From UHGV virus genome UHGV-0120185: a stretch of DNA of 18,367 nucleotides. The stretch is one strand, 5' to 3'. The position numbers and the translations under genes are program-made. Shown piece after piece: positions 8,281-16,179 of the stretch (the stretch's first letter is position 1; each line of letters opens with the position of its first letter). Below the pieces are notes generated by a model. The model was not told where the DNA came from. It made no database searches and saw nothing but the letters and a program-made list of their open reading frames with translations. The stretch comes from a virus.

Positions 8281-8619
8281 CTATAGCTTTGATGCAGGCT
8301 GGGCTAGGTCTCCTTTGATGCCAGTGTTTACAACCTGACAAGCCTCTTTGAGTACCCAGTCAACAGCGTCTTTCCATGCTCCGGTTTCGGCTGGCGGATT
8401 CTCACGCTTTACCAGTTCATAGAATCGTACTGCTCTAACCAGTCCATCTGACGGTTTTGCCTGTAGTGCAGCCTGAGCTATGCGGTATGCCTGGAGCATA
8501 CGGGCGTCGTTGATATCCATTCCGAACGGAATTTCTGATGATTGTGATTCTGCATCTTCAAGCCTGGCAATTTCTTTACGTAAAAAGTATTTCAACTCTT
8601 GTTTTTGTTTTCTGTTCAT
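8281..8619 (-). CDS. hypothetical protein (112 aa), partner of the ClpX-zinc-ribbon-like protein
   Basis: ATG overlaps the upstream gene's stop (ATGA), followed by the terminator. No family recognised. Confidence 0.55.
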   Translation of the reverse strand: MNRKQKQELKYFLRKEIARLEDAESQSSEIPFGMDINDARMLQAYRIAQAALQAKPSDGLVRAVRFYELVKRENPPAETGAWKDAVDWVLKEACQVVNTGIKGDLAQPASKL

Positions 8620-8948
8620 GCGTTTTTTCCCTTTTTGTCTGTCACTTCTCTCCTGATAATTTCATTGCACAAATCCACGCACTCATTGCAGATGCAAACA
8701 GACGGTCCGGCAATCACCTTTGTGACTTCGTACTGAGATTTATTGCAGAAGCTGCAATAAATCGTCTCCTCGCCTGAAGTCCATGTTTTGCTGGTTTCGC
8801 CAGACATCAGTTGTTTGAGGTCTTTTTCACGACGAAGAACTATCTGGCCACATTCAGCTATTTTTTGGATGTTGACATTTTCTTCTTTCGCCAGCGCTTC
8901 CATCCGCTCAATCAGTCGCTGCGCTTTTTCTCTGTCAATGTGTTGCAT
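8616..8948 (-). CDS. small protein with C-terminal ClpX N-terminal-type C4 zinc-ribbon domain
   Basis: C-terminal '[39 protein letters not shown]' versus ClpX N-domain '[39 protein letters not shown]' as recalled (about 30/40 identical, all four Zn-ligand Cys kept). N-terminal ~60 aa unrelated and helical. RBS AAGGGGG before ATG at 8948. Confidence 0.75.
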   Translation of the reverse strand: MQHIDREKAQRLIERMEALAKEENVNIQKIAECGQIVLRREKDLKQLMSGETSKTWTSGEETIYCSFCNKSQYEVTKVIAGPSVCICNECVDLCNEIIRREVTDKKGKNA

Positions 8949-8982
8949 TGTGTCCCCCTTGTTTATGTTCCCGGATTAAAGT

Positions 8983-9006
8983 CATCAGGGCGGATGCGCC
9001 CTGATG
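8983..9006. promoter_or_regulatory. perfect 10-bp-stem hairpin (CATCAGGGCG-gatg-CGCCCTGATG) between parR and the zinc-ribbon gene
   Basis: Read directly. The arm CGCCCTGAT recurs at 9026-9034 inside the parR 3' end. No U-tract on the coding strand. Confidence 0.35.
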
Positions 9007-9011
9007 TTGTG

Positions 9012-9323
9012 TTATTCGGGAAATAACGCCCTGATATTTCCGGCCATCCGACTGGTTATCTGTGAGGTTGGTACTGGCTGTGACGCGGGGCGTTCTGTCC
9101 TGGTTTGTGTCACTGATAACGCCTCATCGTCAGCCCATGCAGCCAGTCGGTAAGCCTCTGCCGGATTCATTTTCAGAAGTGCCAGCCCGGCCAGAAAAGC
9201 CACACGTTGGCCGCTTTTGCGGGCTTCTGGTGTAAGGCTGTCCAGCCAGGTGCATGCTTCGCCTTCGTTCTTGACGGCGGCGGGCTTCAGATAGAAACTT
9301 ATCCGTCTGGTTGGTGTCGTCAT
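9012..9323 (-). CDS. parR: ParR-like centromere-binding protein (type II partition)
   Basis: 103 aa from internal Met 4 nt after the parM stop, RBS AAGGAG. 'RRISFYLKP...LDSL...RVAFLAGLALLKMNP...NIRALFPE' parallels plasmid R1 ParR as recalled. Confidence 0.7.
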   Translation of the reverse strand: MTTPTRRISFYLKPAAVKNEGEACTWLDSLTPEARKSGQRVAFLAGLALLKMNPAEAYRLAAWADDEALSVTQTRTERPASQPVPTSQITSRMAGNIRALFPE

Positions 9324-9327
9324 TGGT

Positions 9328-10287
9328 TTACTCCTTGTCCATTGCGTACAGCCCATTAACCAGAGCAAACTGTGGCACCCCGTCCGCGATGAAAGTCGCA
9401 TTAACTCCGCAGGCTTCGCGGATAGCGGGTGCCACAATCTCCGCCCCGCCACCGACAACCATCACCCGCCCGTAACCCGAAAAACCCGCCAGCGCGCGGA
9501 TCACTCGTTGTTTCAGTGTTTCTTCCTTTTCACGAATAACCGCCATCAGGCTGTCGTAATGCGCGTCATTGTGGATGTGCTGGCGCAGCCAGGCTTCATC
9601 ATGGCGATGTTCGATAATGGTATTGGCGATGTGGTGACTGGTGCGCATACCGTTAGTGGCCATCACCGACAGTACGGCATCGGCCATCAGAGAAACGCCT
9701 ACGTGTGGATCGCAAAACACCTGGCTGATACCTGCCAGTTGCCCCTGAACCTTTGCCACATCCAGCGTGGTTCCGCCCAAATCCACAATCAGCAGGGATT
9801 CAAACGGACTCATGTCAGCCAGTGCCTTAAAGCCAGCCGGAATGGATTCAGGCATAACCCGCACGTTACGGATAGTGAATGCTTCGCCGTTCTGGTACTC
9901 CACCGGGCGCATAACGTTCGCTTTTTTGCGGTTGATGTTGGCCATGTCCGGCTGTGCGTTTGTGTCGAAATACTCGCTCAGTGGCAGGGTGACAACCACA
10001 TCCACCTCCTGTGGCGTGATGCCTGATTTGACCAGCGCGTGATGAATGGCAATTACATTCACATCGCTGTACTGGTATTGCGTGTCGGTCGTCTGGACAA
10101 ATCGATCGCTGACCGGATCAAAACCATAGCGCACGCCATCAAGCATGTAGTTTGCGGGCTGCATGCCACCGAACGGCGCAGACCATTCCGATTTGAAGCT
10201 GTTCGGGCTGATGGCGTTGCGGCGTTCGCCGTTCTCAGTCCATGCCAGCTTGATGTTGGTGGAGCCGTCGTCGATACAAATTTTCAT
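9328..10287 (-). CDS. parM: ParM-like actin-type partition ATPase
   Basis: 'MKICIDDGSTNIKLAW', 'YQYSDVNVIAIHHAL', 'RKKANV', 'VMPESIPAGF', 'LLIVDLGGTTLDV', 'VMVVGGGAE', 'ALVNGLY' are collinear with plasmid R1 ParM/StbA as recalled. RBS AAGGA before ATG. Confidence 0.9.
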   Translation of the reverse strand: MKICIDDGSTNIKLAWTENGERRNAISPNSFKSEWSAPFGGMQPANYMLDGVRYGFDPVSDRFVQTTDTQYQYSDVNVIAIHHALVKSGITPQEVDVVVTLPLSEYFDTNAQPDMANINRKKANVMRPVEYQNGEAFTIRNVRVMPESIPAGFKALADMSPFESLLIVDLGGTTLDVAKVQGQLAGISQVFCDPHVGVSLMADAVLSVMATNGMRTSHHIANTIIEHRHDEAWLRQHIHNDAHYDSLMAVIREKEETLKQRVIRALAGFSGYGRVMVVGGGAEIVAPAIREACGVNATFIADGVPQFALVNGLYAMDKE

Positions 10288-10316
10288 GTCGATTTTCCTT
10301 ATGTTGATTAATTAAT

Positions 10317-10429
10317 CGTTTACGGGGTTTTTAAATCCCGTTTTTGCCTGTTTTATGCGCGCTTCATATATCGCGGCGCGTTTTTTGCTCATTTACGGGT
10401 TTTGTGAATCCCGTTTCTGTCTGTTTTTT
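10317..10429. repeat. two ~38-bp direct repeats 73 bp apart, candidate parC-like centromere/operator
   Basis: Copy 1 at 10317-10354 (cgtttacggggtttttaaatcccgtttttgcctgtttt), copy 2 at 10390-10429 (catttacgggttttgtgaatcccgtttctgtctgtttttt), ~85% identical. Each holds an ACGGG...CCCGT hairpin. Copy 1 is in the A-parM gap, copy 2 inside the last codons of A. Confidence 0.5.
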
Positions 10430-13186
10430 GTTTCCACTGGTCAGGCTACCCCGCAGCAGGTCTGCTTTGCGGCGGGCGCGTTCAGTGGTTTCACTGATTC
10501 TCTGTGCGTGCTCTGCGTCACGGATGGCGCGCAGCATGTCAGAAAGCACGGTAACGGGGGTTTTCATGGTGTTCTGGTCCTGCTGAAGTGTGGATGCCAG
10601 GCGTGCGGCGGCTTCGGGGTCTGATGCCCCCAGCTGTTCCAGATAGCCGGCGACCGGGTTATGGCGGATCTCCGTGCTGCTTACGCCGTGATTACGGCTC
10701 AGGCGCTGCCAGAGCTGCGTGATTCGGCTGTCCGGGCGGGTATCCGGTTTGCGTACAATTTCAAATCCCTGCGGTGCAATGATGCTGCCGTCAACGTACA
10801 GGCTGCCGCCCCGTAACAGGTGCTGCATCTGCTGTTCACCGATATGCAGGCCGAGAGATTCGGCAGACTCCCGCCATTCTTTAGCGAGTAATTCGTGGTT
10901 ATCAGGCAAAGGCCGCTGCTGTTTGCGGCTCTGTGTCCAGCTCTGCATTTCATCACTGCTGTTTTTTGCCTGTTTATCATGAAGCGAACGCATCAGCGCC
11001 CGGCGTTCGTGCCGTTTCAGTGAGCGCATCCATTCGTTCACTTCAACGCCATCAGGGAGCTGCGGCCACGGTGCTGGCCGTTCTTCCGGCTGTTCTGCCC
11101 CGTTGTTGTTCGTTTCCTGTACACGGGGACAGTTATTGCCACGAGTCCAAGGGGCGGCAGGGCCGCCCTGAAGGTCAAAACCATTTTCGCGGGCGCTGTC
11201 TTCCGCTTCCGGTTTACGTCTTACCAGCTTCCAGTTATCCGGATGCGTGCACACACGGGAGGATTCCCCGATGAGTGGTGACCAGATCCCGTAAATCTGT
11301 ACGCTCTGTTCGCCGTAATCGTTCAGCTCATCTGCGAGGTCGTAGGCGGTGCGAATCAGGTAGTCCTTGCGCGGAACAAGTACGCCACCCTGTTTTTCAA
11401 TGTAGGTGGCAAAACACCCGGCATCAGCGGCAGCAAGAACCGCATCCATTGCGTCATCCTTCAGCCGTTGCGGGCCTTCCGGGCTGCGTGCCATCTGGCT
11501 GGCAAGGCGGCGGAGTTCACGCCACACCTGACGGGAGGGAATGCCAAAGAACTGGAACTGGCGGACCCGGTGAAGGCGCGCCCAGCCGATGGCGCGTTCC
11601 ACGCTCTCGGCCATTGATTTTCCGGTTTCGTGGTCAACGCGTGGTTTGCCTGTTTTCGGGTCGATGCCATCCACGGCCCGGCTGTCCAGGTTTTTTCCGA
11701 TGTAGGTCGCGATATAGCTGGTTGGTGTGCCTTTTGAGCCGTCGACATACTCCGCCTTAAAGCGCGGAGTAATATCATTGCCCAGCTCGTGGCGGTCTTC
11801 CTGAATGGCAATATCGCGGGTGATGGCCACGATGCTGTCGATTTCTTCCGGATGAGCAAAGACCATCATATGCCAGTGCACGGTGCCGTCATGGTGAGGC
11901 TCCACCGTGCGGATGCCATACCAGCGAAGACCGTCGCGGTTCAGTTTTTTGCGGACCGCCGCAAAAAACGTGTTAACCAGGTAATCGCTGGAGTCGCGCA
12001 TGGTGGCCCCGTTCCATCTGGGATTCGGATGACCGTTCTCCGTTGTGGCGTGGTATTTTGACGGGCAGGTGACAGTCAGAAACACCGCTTTGTCGCCACG
12101 GGCTTCAGCCAGAAGTTCCAGCCCCTTCATGGTGGCCATCATTTCTGCCTTACGGTGAACCGGGTTACTTACTCCCGCGTAATACACCGTCTCGAGATCA
12201 ATCGTGAACCCGTCTTCATTTTCCAGCATGAAACTTTTCAGGAAATCGCGTGTTTTCTCGCGCTGTGCGCGAAACTCGCTTAACGCGTCCTGGCTCAGAT
12301 AGGGCGATGTTTTTCTGGAAACCAGACAGGCGGCGCGGAGTTGTTCTTCTCTCCACTCGCAACGTAACAGCCACAGTTTGCGTTTCCACCATTCCGCACA
12401 GGTCAGGCGAAGGATTGCGCCCGGCAGCAGTTCTGTGTCCGGTTCGTGCCTCCGGTCTTTGTCTGTTGTCAGTGCGTCATAATGCGGAGGCATGGCGTGT
12501 AAGTGTAACGCCATGCGGGCCAGCATCTGATACGCCTTCAGCGTTACATCCATGGTCAGCTCGCCATCAGTCGCGCCAAAACCATCGCAGAGTTTTTCGA
12601 AGGTGCTGCTGAACATCGCCGCCGTCATGGTGGCCAGCGTCTGTATCTGGTGTTTGTTGAGTTGCGGCAGGTAAAGCAAATCGTCCAGGCGTTCACGTCC
12701 GGCAAGGGAGCGATAACCCGATGTCAGCCAGCGGTGATCGGTGCGCTCCAGACGTTCGAATATTTTGCGCAGGGTCCCACGCGCATAGCGTTCTGCCTGC
12801 CTGGCGTTTTTTCCTTTCTGACGATCGGCTTCCTGTTTTTTGCGCAGGAAGGAGAGGTGGCGAATAAGCGGATCGCGCAGATAGGACGGCAGCAGGCGCA
12901 GTGAGGCCATGGCCTCATCTACCGCGCCGCGTGCCTGTTTTCTGGCGTCTCCTGCCAGTGTGATTGTTTTGTCCTGTTTTTCCTGTGCGTCCAGGCTTTT
13001 ATTAATCAGGTTGCCCAGCGGCGTGGCGGAGAACGCCGCATCAGCCATTTCCTGGCGGCGCTCGTTCTCTGCCCGGTAGGCATCCAGCCAGGAGGAAAGC
13101 GCGGATTCAGGAGCGGGGATCCCCGTTCCTTCACGCCCCACTGCGTGGCGCGGTTGTTGCCAGTCCCTGATGTACTCTGCCGTCAT
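10364..13186 (-). CDS. A: P2 gpA-like rolling-circle replication initiator (HUH endonuclease)
   Basis: HUH motif 'VHWHMMVF' and twin-tyrosine motif 'SYIATYIGK'. 940 aa, position between early genes and the accessory locus as in P2. Confidence 0.85.
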   Translation of the reverse strand: MTAEYIRDWQQPRHAVGREGTGIPAPESALSSWLDAYRAENERRQEMADAAFSATPLGNLINKSLDAQEKQDKTITLAGDARKQARGAVDEAMASLRLLPSYLRDPLIRHLSFLRKKQEADRQKGKNARQAERYARGTLRKIFERLERTDHRWLTSGYRSLAGRERLDDLLYLPQLNKHQIQTLATMTAAMFSSTFEKLCDGFGATDGELTMDVTLKAYQMLARMALHLHAMPPHYDALTTDKDRRHEPDTELLPGAILRLTCAEWWKRKLWLLRCEWREEQLRAACLVSRKTSPYLSQDALSEFRAQREKTRDFLKSFMLENEDGFTIDLETVYYAGVSNPVHRKAEMMATMKGLELLAEARGDKAVFLTVTCPSKYHATTENGHPNPRWNGATMRDSSDYLVNTFFAAVRKKLNRDGLRWYGIRTVEPHHDGTVHWHMMVFAHPEEIDSIVAITRDIAIQEDRHELGNDITPRFKAEYVDGSKGTPTSYIATYIGKNLDSRAVDGIDPKTGKPRVDHETGKSMAESVERAIGWARLHRVRQFQFFGIPSRQVWRELRRLASQMARSPEGPQRLKDDAMDAVLAAADAGCFATYIEKQGGVLVPRKDYLIRTAYDLADELNDYGEQSVQIYGIWSPLIGESSRVCTHPDNWKLVRRKPEAEDSARENGFDLQGGPAAPWTRGNNCPRVQETNNNGAEQPEERPAPWPQLPDGVEVNEWMRSLKRHERRALMRSLHDKQAKNSSDEMQSWTQSRKQQRPLPDNHELLAKEWRESAESLGLHIGEQQMQHLLRGGSLYVDGSIIAPQGFEIVRKPDTRPDSRITQLWQRLSRNHGVSSTEIRHNPVAGYLEQLGASDPEAAARLASTLQQDQNTMKTPVTVLSDMLRAIRDAEHAQRISETTERARRKADLLRGSLTSGNKKQTETGFTKPVNEQKTRRDI

Positions 13187-13192
13187 AGTGAT

Positions 13193-13558
13193 TTACTTCG
13201 TCATGCCATTCAGGGTGTCGCGGCAGACTGTAGCCAGCCGCTGAATTTCCAGCACGGTGTCTTCTGTGTCGGCATGGCGATGTGTGATGCGGATGCTGTC
13301 GGCAATCACATCGACGATTGCAGAGGATGGGCGCTGGTAAATGCCAATAACGGACGGGGTGCCACCTTCAATGCGGTAAAGCCTGTAATTTCCCTCGTGG
13401 CTGTCAATCATGTAGCGACCATCAATAACAATCTTTCCGTCAGCGAGCTGCGGTACAGGCAGGGATTTCAGGTACATGTCATAACGTTCACGCACGCGAA
13501 CGGCAAGATCACGCTCTGTGTTGAGCAGGTATTCAAGAAAGTCGTTGGCGAGAATCAT
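13193..13558 (-). CDS. hypothetical early-operon protein (121 aa)
   Basis: RBS AAGAGGA before ATG; ends 7 nt before the A start. No family recognised. Confidence 0.5.
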   Translation of the reverse strand: MILANDFLEYLLNTERDLAVRVRERYDMYLKSLPVPQLADGKIVIDGRYMIDSHEGNYRLYRIEGGTPSVIGIYQRPSSAIVDVIADSIRITHRHADTEDTVLEIQRLATVCRDTLNGMTK

Positions 13559-13699
13559 TGCGGCAATCCTCTTGTTACAGATGTGCGAAGGCCTCCCGCC
13601 ACAAGGTGCAGGAAAGACCCGGAACAGGAATTAATGGAGTTTGTTTTGCTGCCGGATGAGCTGCTGAAGCCCGACGTGGTTTCCGGCAGTTGGAGGTGC

Positions 13700-14146
13700 T
13701 CATGCTCTGATTTCCCTCAGTAGCTGGTTGAACATCTGGGTTAGTGGGTTGCTACACCCAAACGGCATCGGGTTTACCTGATAAGAAAAGCGACCGCCTG
13801 TTTTGCGCTCTTTTCTTATGACTGAACCGCTGCGCCAGAGACGGCGTAGCTCCGCATTAATGGTTGTGGTTGGTGTATTCAGTGCTGCGGCGATTTCTCC
13901 ACCGCTACAACCCGGATTGGCAGCGATGTAGTCCAGAATGGTCATCTGCGTGACTCCTGTACCTGTCTGATAAGATTTACCTGCACCACGTTGGTGGCGC
14001 AAAAAGTAAGTGCCGTCAGTGAGATAGATGTGATATGCATCCTTTTCTGAACGGTGTTTGTCGATTGTGGTAATCAGGCGTTCGTCAACTTCGTATTCAC
14101 GTCCTTTGGAGGTGAAACGAACGACGGGAAAATGCTTAATTGCCAT
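13700..14146 (-). CDS. hypothetical early-operon protein with putative winged-helix DNA-binding region (148 aa)
   Basis: Start at internal Met (14146) with strong RBS AAGGAGG 5 nt upstream. 'MTILDYIAANPGCSGGEIAAALN...INAELRRLW' is HTH-like. Confidence 0.5.
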   Translation of the reverse strand: MAIKHFPVVRFTSKGREYEVDERLITTIDKHRSEKDAYHIYLTDGTYFLRHQRGAGKSYQTGTGVTQMTILDYIAANPGCSGGEIAAALNTPTTTINAELRRLWRSGSVIRKERKTGGRFSYQVNPMPFGCSNPLTQMFNQLLREIRA

Positions 14147-14232
14147 TACGCCTCCTTGGCGTGTGCGAATACCTCCGCGAATGCGGATTGTTTTCACATT
14201 TTCTTATTTAACCTGGGGTCTTATTTGCGCGG

Positions 14233-14346
14233 TTATTCTTCAGTGAAAAAGCGTTCAATCTTTTTTACTGAATTAATAATTCGCATAATCCCAATGGCGC
14301 AGACCACCGAAATAATCAGAACAAGCCATGAGATAAATATACTCAT
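14233..14346 (-). CDS. possible small hydrophobic peptide (37 aa)
   Basis: 'MSIFISWLVLIISVVCAIGIMRIINSVKKIERFFTEE': one TM helix plus basic tail. ATG overlaps the stop of the upstream 81-aa gene (ATGA). Below the track's size cut-off. Confidence 0.3.
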   Translation of the reverse strand: MSIFISWLVLIISVVCAIGIMRIINSVKKIERFFTEE

Positions 14347-14588
14347 GCGATATTTCCCAGCTTATACGGTTCAATATGTTCCCCGCATTCTGCGGCATAG
14401 ATCAGCTCGGAAAGTTCGTTAAGTGCATCCAGATCATCAGCGTAAAAAGCCACGTCATACAGACTTCGGATTGCTCTGGTCAATGAGTCACGGGCCGCAC
14501 GTTCAGCATGAGCGCCTGATGCACTTAAGCGAAAATAAAAACGCTCAAGTGCTTTGTTAATGAGAGTTTTATATTCTTTGCCCATCAC
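14343..14588 (-). CDS. hypothetical early-operon protein (81 aa)
   Basis: ORF with RBS AAGGG; GTG/ATG start ambiguity at 14588/14585. Confidence 0.45.
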   Translation of the reverse strand: MMGKEYKTLINKALERFYFRLSASGAHAERAARDSLTRAIRSLYDVAFYADDLDALNELSELIYAAECGEHIEPYKLGNIA

Positions 14589-14596
14589 AACGCCCT

Positions 14597-14875
14597 TTAA
14601 TCTGCTTTCTGAATTTCAGCTTCTGAATCCATACAAATAATTTCGATATAGGGTTCATCGCCATTAACCTGACGTGCCTTTTCAGCTTCGCTAATGATTT
14701 CTCGTACGGTCTGGTACGGAAGCTCCACAGTCAGGCGCGTACCGTTCAGATAAACGTAAGTAGCTGCGTTTTTTTCGGATGGAACAACTACGTCAATGGC
14801 TGATGCGCGTAATAACAGTTCACCGCGAAAATCAATAAAACGGATAAATACACCTTGTGCATGCTCTTTGGTCAT
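14597..14875 (-). CDS. hypothetical early-operon protein (92 aa)
   Basis: Start at internal Met with RBS AGGTG; the upstream extension of the track ORF would overlap the neighbouring gene. Confidence 0.45.
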   Translation of the reverse strand: MTKEHAQGVFIRFIDFRGELLLRASAIDVVVPSEKNAATYVYLNGTRLTVELPYQTVREIISEAEKARQVNGDEPYIEIICMDSEAEIQKAD

Positions 14876-14885
14876 AAAGCACCTG

Positions 14886-15236
14886 TTATAAATCAGCCTG
14901 TTTAATAAAACTTTGCCCGCGAAGCAGACGATCAACCGTGCGAAGTGCTTCGTATAATGTGAAATCCTGCCCGAAGTGATTGTCGCCGCAGTTCAATGCA
15001 AAAATGCGGTTTCCGGTAAACGGATTGCGTGGGCATTTGTGGACCACGATTCCAGCTTTCTCAATCAGCCAGGCATGCTCGCCGATTTGTTTTACAGCGT
15101 GGCCATCCGGTGTTGCGTGCGTCTCGTTCAGGTTATAGCGACTGTTACTACGTGATGCACTGGTAGCGACGTGGTGTACATGGCGTTCTACGCCATTACG
15201 AAATTTGGAGTATGGATTATTAGCGTTTTTTTTCAT
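14886..15236 (-). CDS. hypothetical early-operon protein (116 aa)
   Basis: ORF directly after the Cox-like gene on the same strand. No family recognised. Confidence 0.45.
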   Translation of the reverse strand: MKKNANNPYSKFRNGVERHVHHVATSASRSNSRYNLNETHATPDGHAVKQIGEHAWLIEKAGIVVHKCPRNPFTGNRIFALNCGDNHFGQDFTLYEALRTVDRLLRGQSFIKQADL

Positions 15237-15257
15237 GATGGTGCTCTGTTCATTGTT

Positions 15258-15461
15258 TTAGCTGTTAGCCAAAGCGTCTTTTAACATCGCCACAAGGTTT
15301 ACTTCAGGCTTTTCCATTTTGGCGCGTTTGGGTCGGATAATAATTCGACCGTCAGCCAACATCTTTTTGCATGTATTAAGAGGGATACCTGTTATCTCTG
15401 CATATTTCTGCAGGGATACATAGGGGGCATTCACATTGATATTGATGGTTATACCTGACAT
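15258..15461 (-). CDS. Cox/Apl/AlpA-like small HTH excisionase-regulator
   Basis: 67 aa; 'LQKYAEITGIPLNTCKKMLADGRIIIRP' resembles the Cox/AlpA HTH. Early position in the operon divergent from the repressor, as P2 cox. Confidence 0.55.
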   Translation of the reverse strand: MSGITININVNAPYVSLQKYAEITGIPLNTCKKMLADGRIIIRPKRAKMEKPEVNLVAMLKDALANS

Positions 15462-15477
15462 CCCACTAGCCTCCTGA

Positions 15478-15684
15478 TCAGGAAGATTTGTTTTGTTCTT
15501 TCTGGGTTAGCTCTAGGCCGCGAAGGAAGATCATGCGCGCCATGTTAGAGGATGAGCGTTGTTCTTTAGCTGCCATTTCATCAATGACGGCTCGCTCCTC
15601 GAGGGACAGCCGAAGTGCCAGTCTTGGACCTGTGGCGGTGTTACGCGGAATGCGTGATCTGGAATCGTGAAGAACTTGTTTCAT
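15478..15684 (-). CDS. small putative ribbon-helix-helix-like DNA-binding protein (68 aa), first gene of early operon
   Basis: 'LRLSLEERAVIDEMAAKEQRSSSNMARMIFLRGL' has an RHH-like beta-alpha-alpha pattern. Begins at the switch region. Confidence 0.45.
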   Translation of the reverse strand: MKQVLHDSRSRIPRNTATGPRLALRLSLEERAVIDEMAAKEQRSSSNMARMIFLRGLELTQKEQNKSS

Positions 15685-15759
15685 AGTGGTATATTGTGAT
15701 CATCTAATAGCTCGTGAAATCATTTTGGTATCAAAAAAGATACCTGTCAAGGTTTTTGT
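15685..15759. promoter_or_regulatory. lysis-lysogeny switch region with divergent promoters and operator-like palindromes
   Basis: 75-bp gap between divergent genes. Palindrome GGTATC-N6-GATACC at 15727-15744; TGATCA at 15697-15702; TATATT at 15690-15695; TTGACA on the minus strand (15750-15745) next to the palindrome. Confidence 0.5.
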
Positions 15760-16164
15760 ATGAAAAATGATATTGGTCAGCGGTTGCGTGAGGAAAGGGA
15801 AAGATTGGGACTTAGTCAAGTTGCCATGAGCGACATTGGTGGAGTCAAAAAGCTAACTCAGCTTAGATATGAGAAAGGAGATAGCTTTCCTGATGCTGCG
15901 TATTTGGCAGCGCTGTCTCGTTTTGGCCTTGATGTTCAGTATGTTGTGTTGGGAATTCACTCACCTGAAACTTATAACGATGATGAGCAGGAGTTGATTA
16001 CTCGCTTTCGAGCAGCTTCGTTAGATGTGAAAAATGCGGTGATTGGGGCTTTAAAAGGTGCGATCAGTGAAAAGGAAACTCAGCCATCAGGACGTGAGTT
16101 AAATATTTCTGGTGGTAATAACCGTATCGCTGGTCGTGACTATAACGAAACTAAGGGTAGGTGA
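15760..16164 (+). CDS. XRE-family HTH immunity repressor (C/CI-equivalent)
   Basis: N-terminal HTH 'RLREERERLGLSQVAMSDIGGVKKLTQLRYEKGDSFPDAAYLAALSRFGLDV'. Divergent from the Cox-like gene and upstream of int, as P2 C. Confidence 0.8.
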   Translation: MKNDIGQRLREERERLGLSQVAMSDIGGVKKLTQLRYEKGDSFPDAAYLAALSRFGLDVQYVVLGIHSPETYNDDEQELITRFRAASLDVKNAVIGALKGAISEKETQPSGRELNISGGNNRIAGRDYNETKGR

Positions 16165-16179
16165 TAGTAGGGAGGTGAC

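Noticed and set aside
7892-8338. 148-aa plus-strand ORF spanning the cos-proximal region
   Set aside because: Crosses the palindromes, phased repeats and terminator of the non-coding region; no RBS; low-complexity translation. More likely non-coding.
9508-10311. Plus-strand ORFs antisense to parM (9508..10026, 9767..10042, 10039..10311)
   Set aside because: Overlap the strongly supported parM on the opposite strand; no motifs.
10719-13723. Several plus-strand ORFs (10719..10982, 10933..11274, 11275..11760, 11789..12061, 12250..12612, 12650..12904, 13145..13723) overlapping gpA and neighbours
   Set aside because: All antisense to gpA or the adjacent early genes, Arg/Cys/Pro-rich translations without motifs; gpA is supported by HUH and tyrosine motifs.
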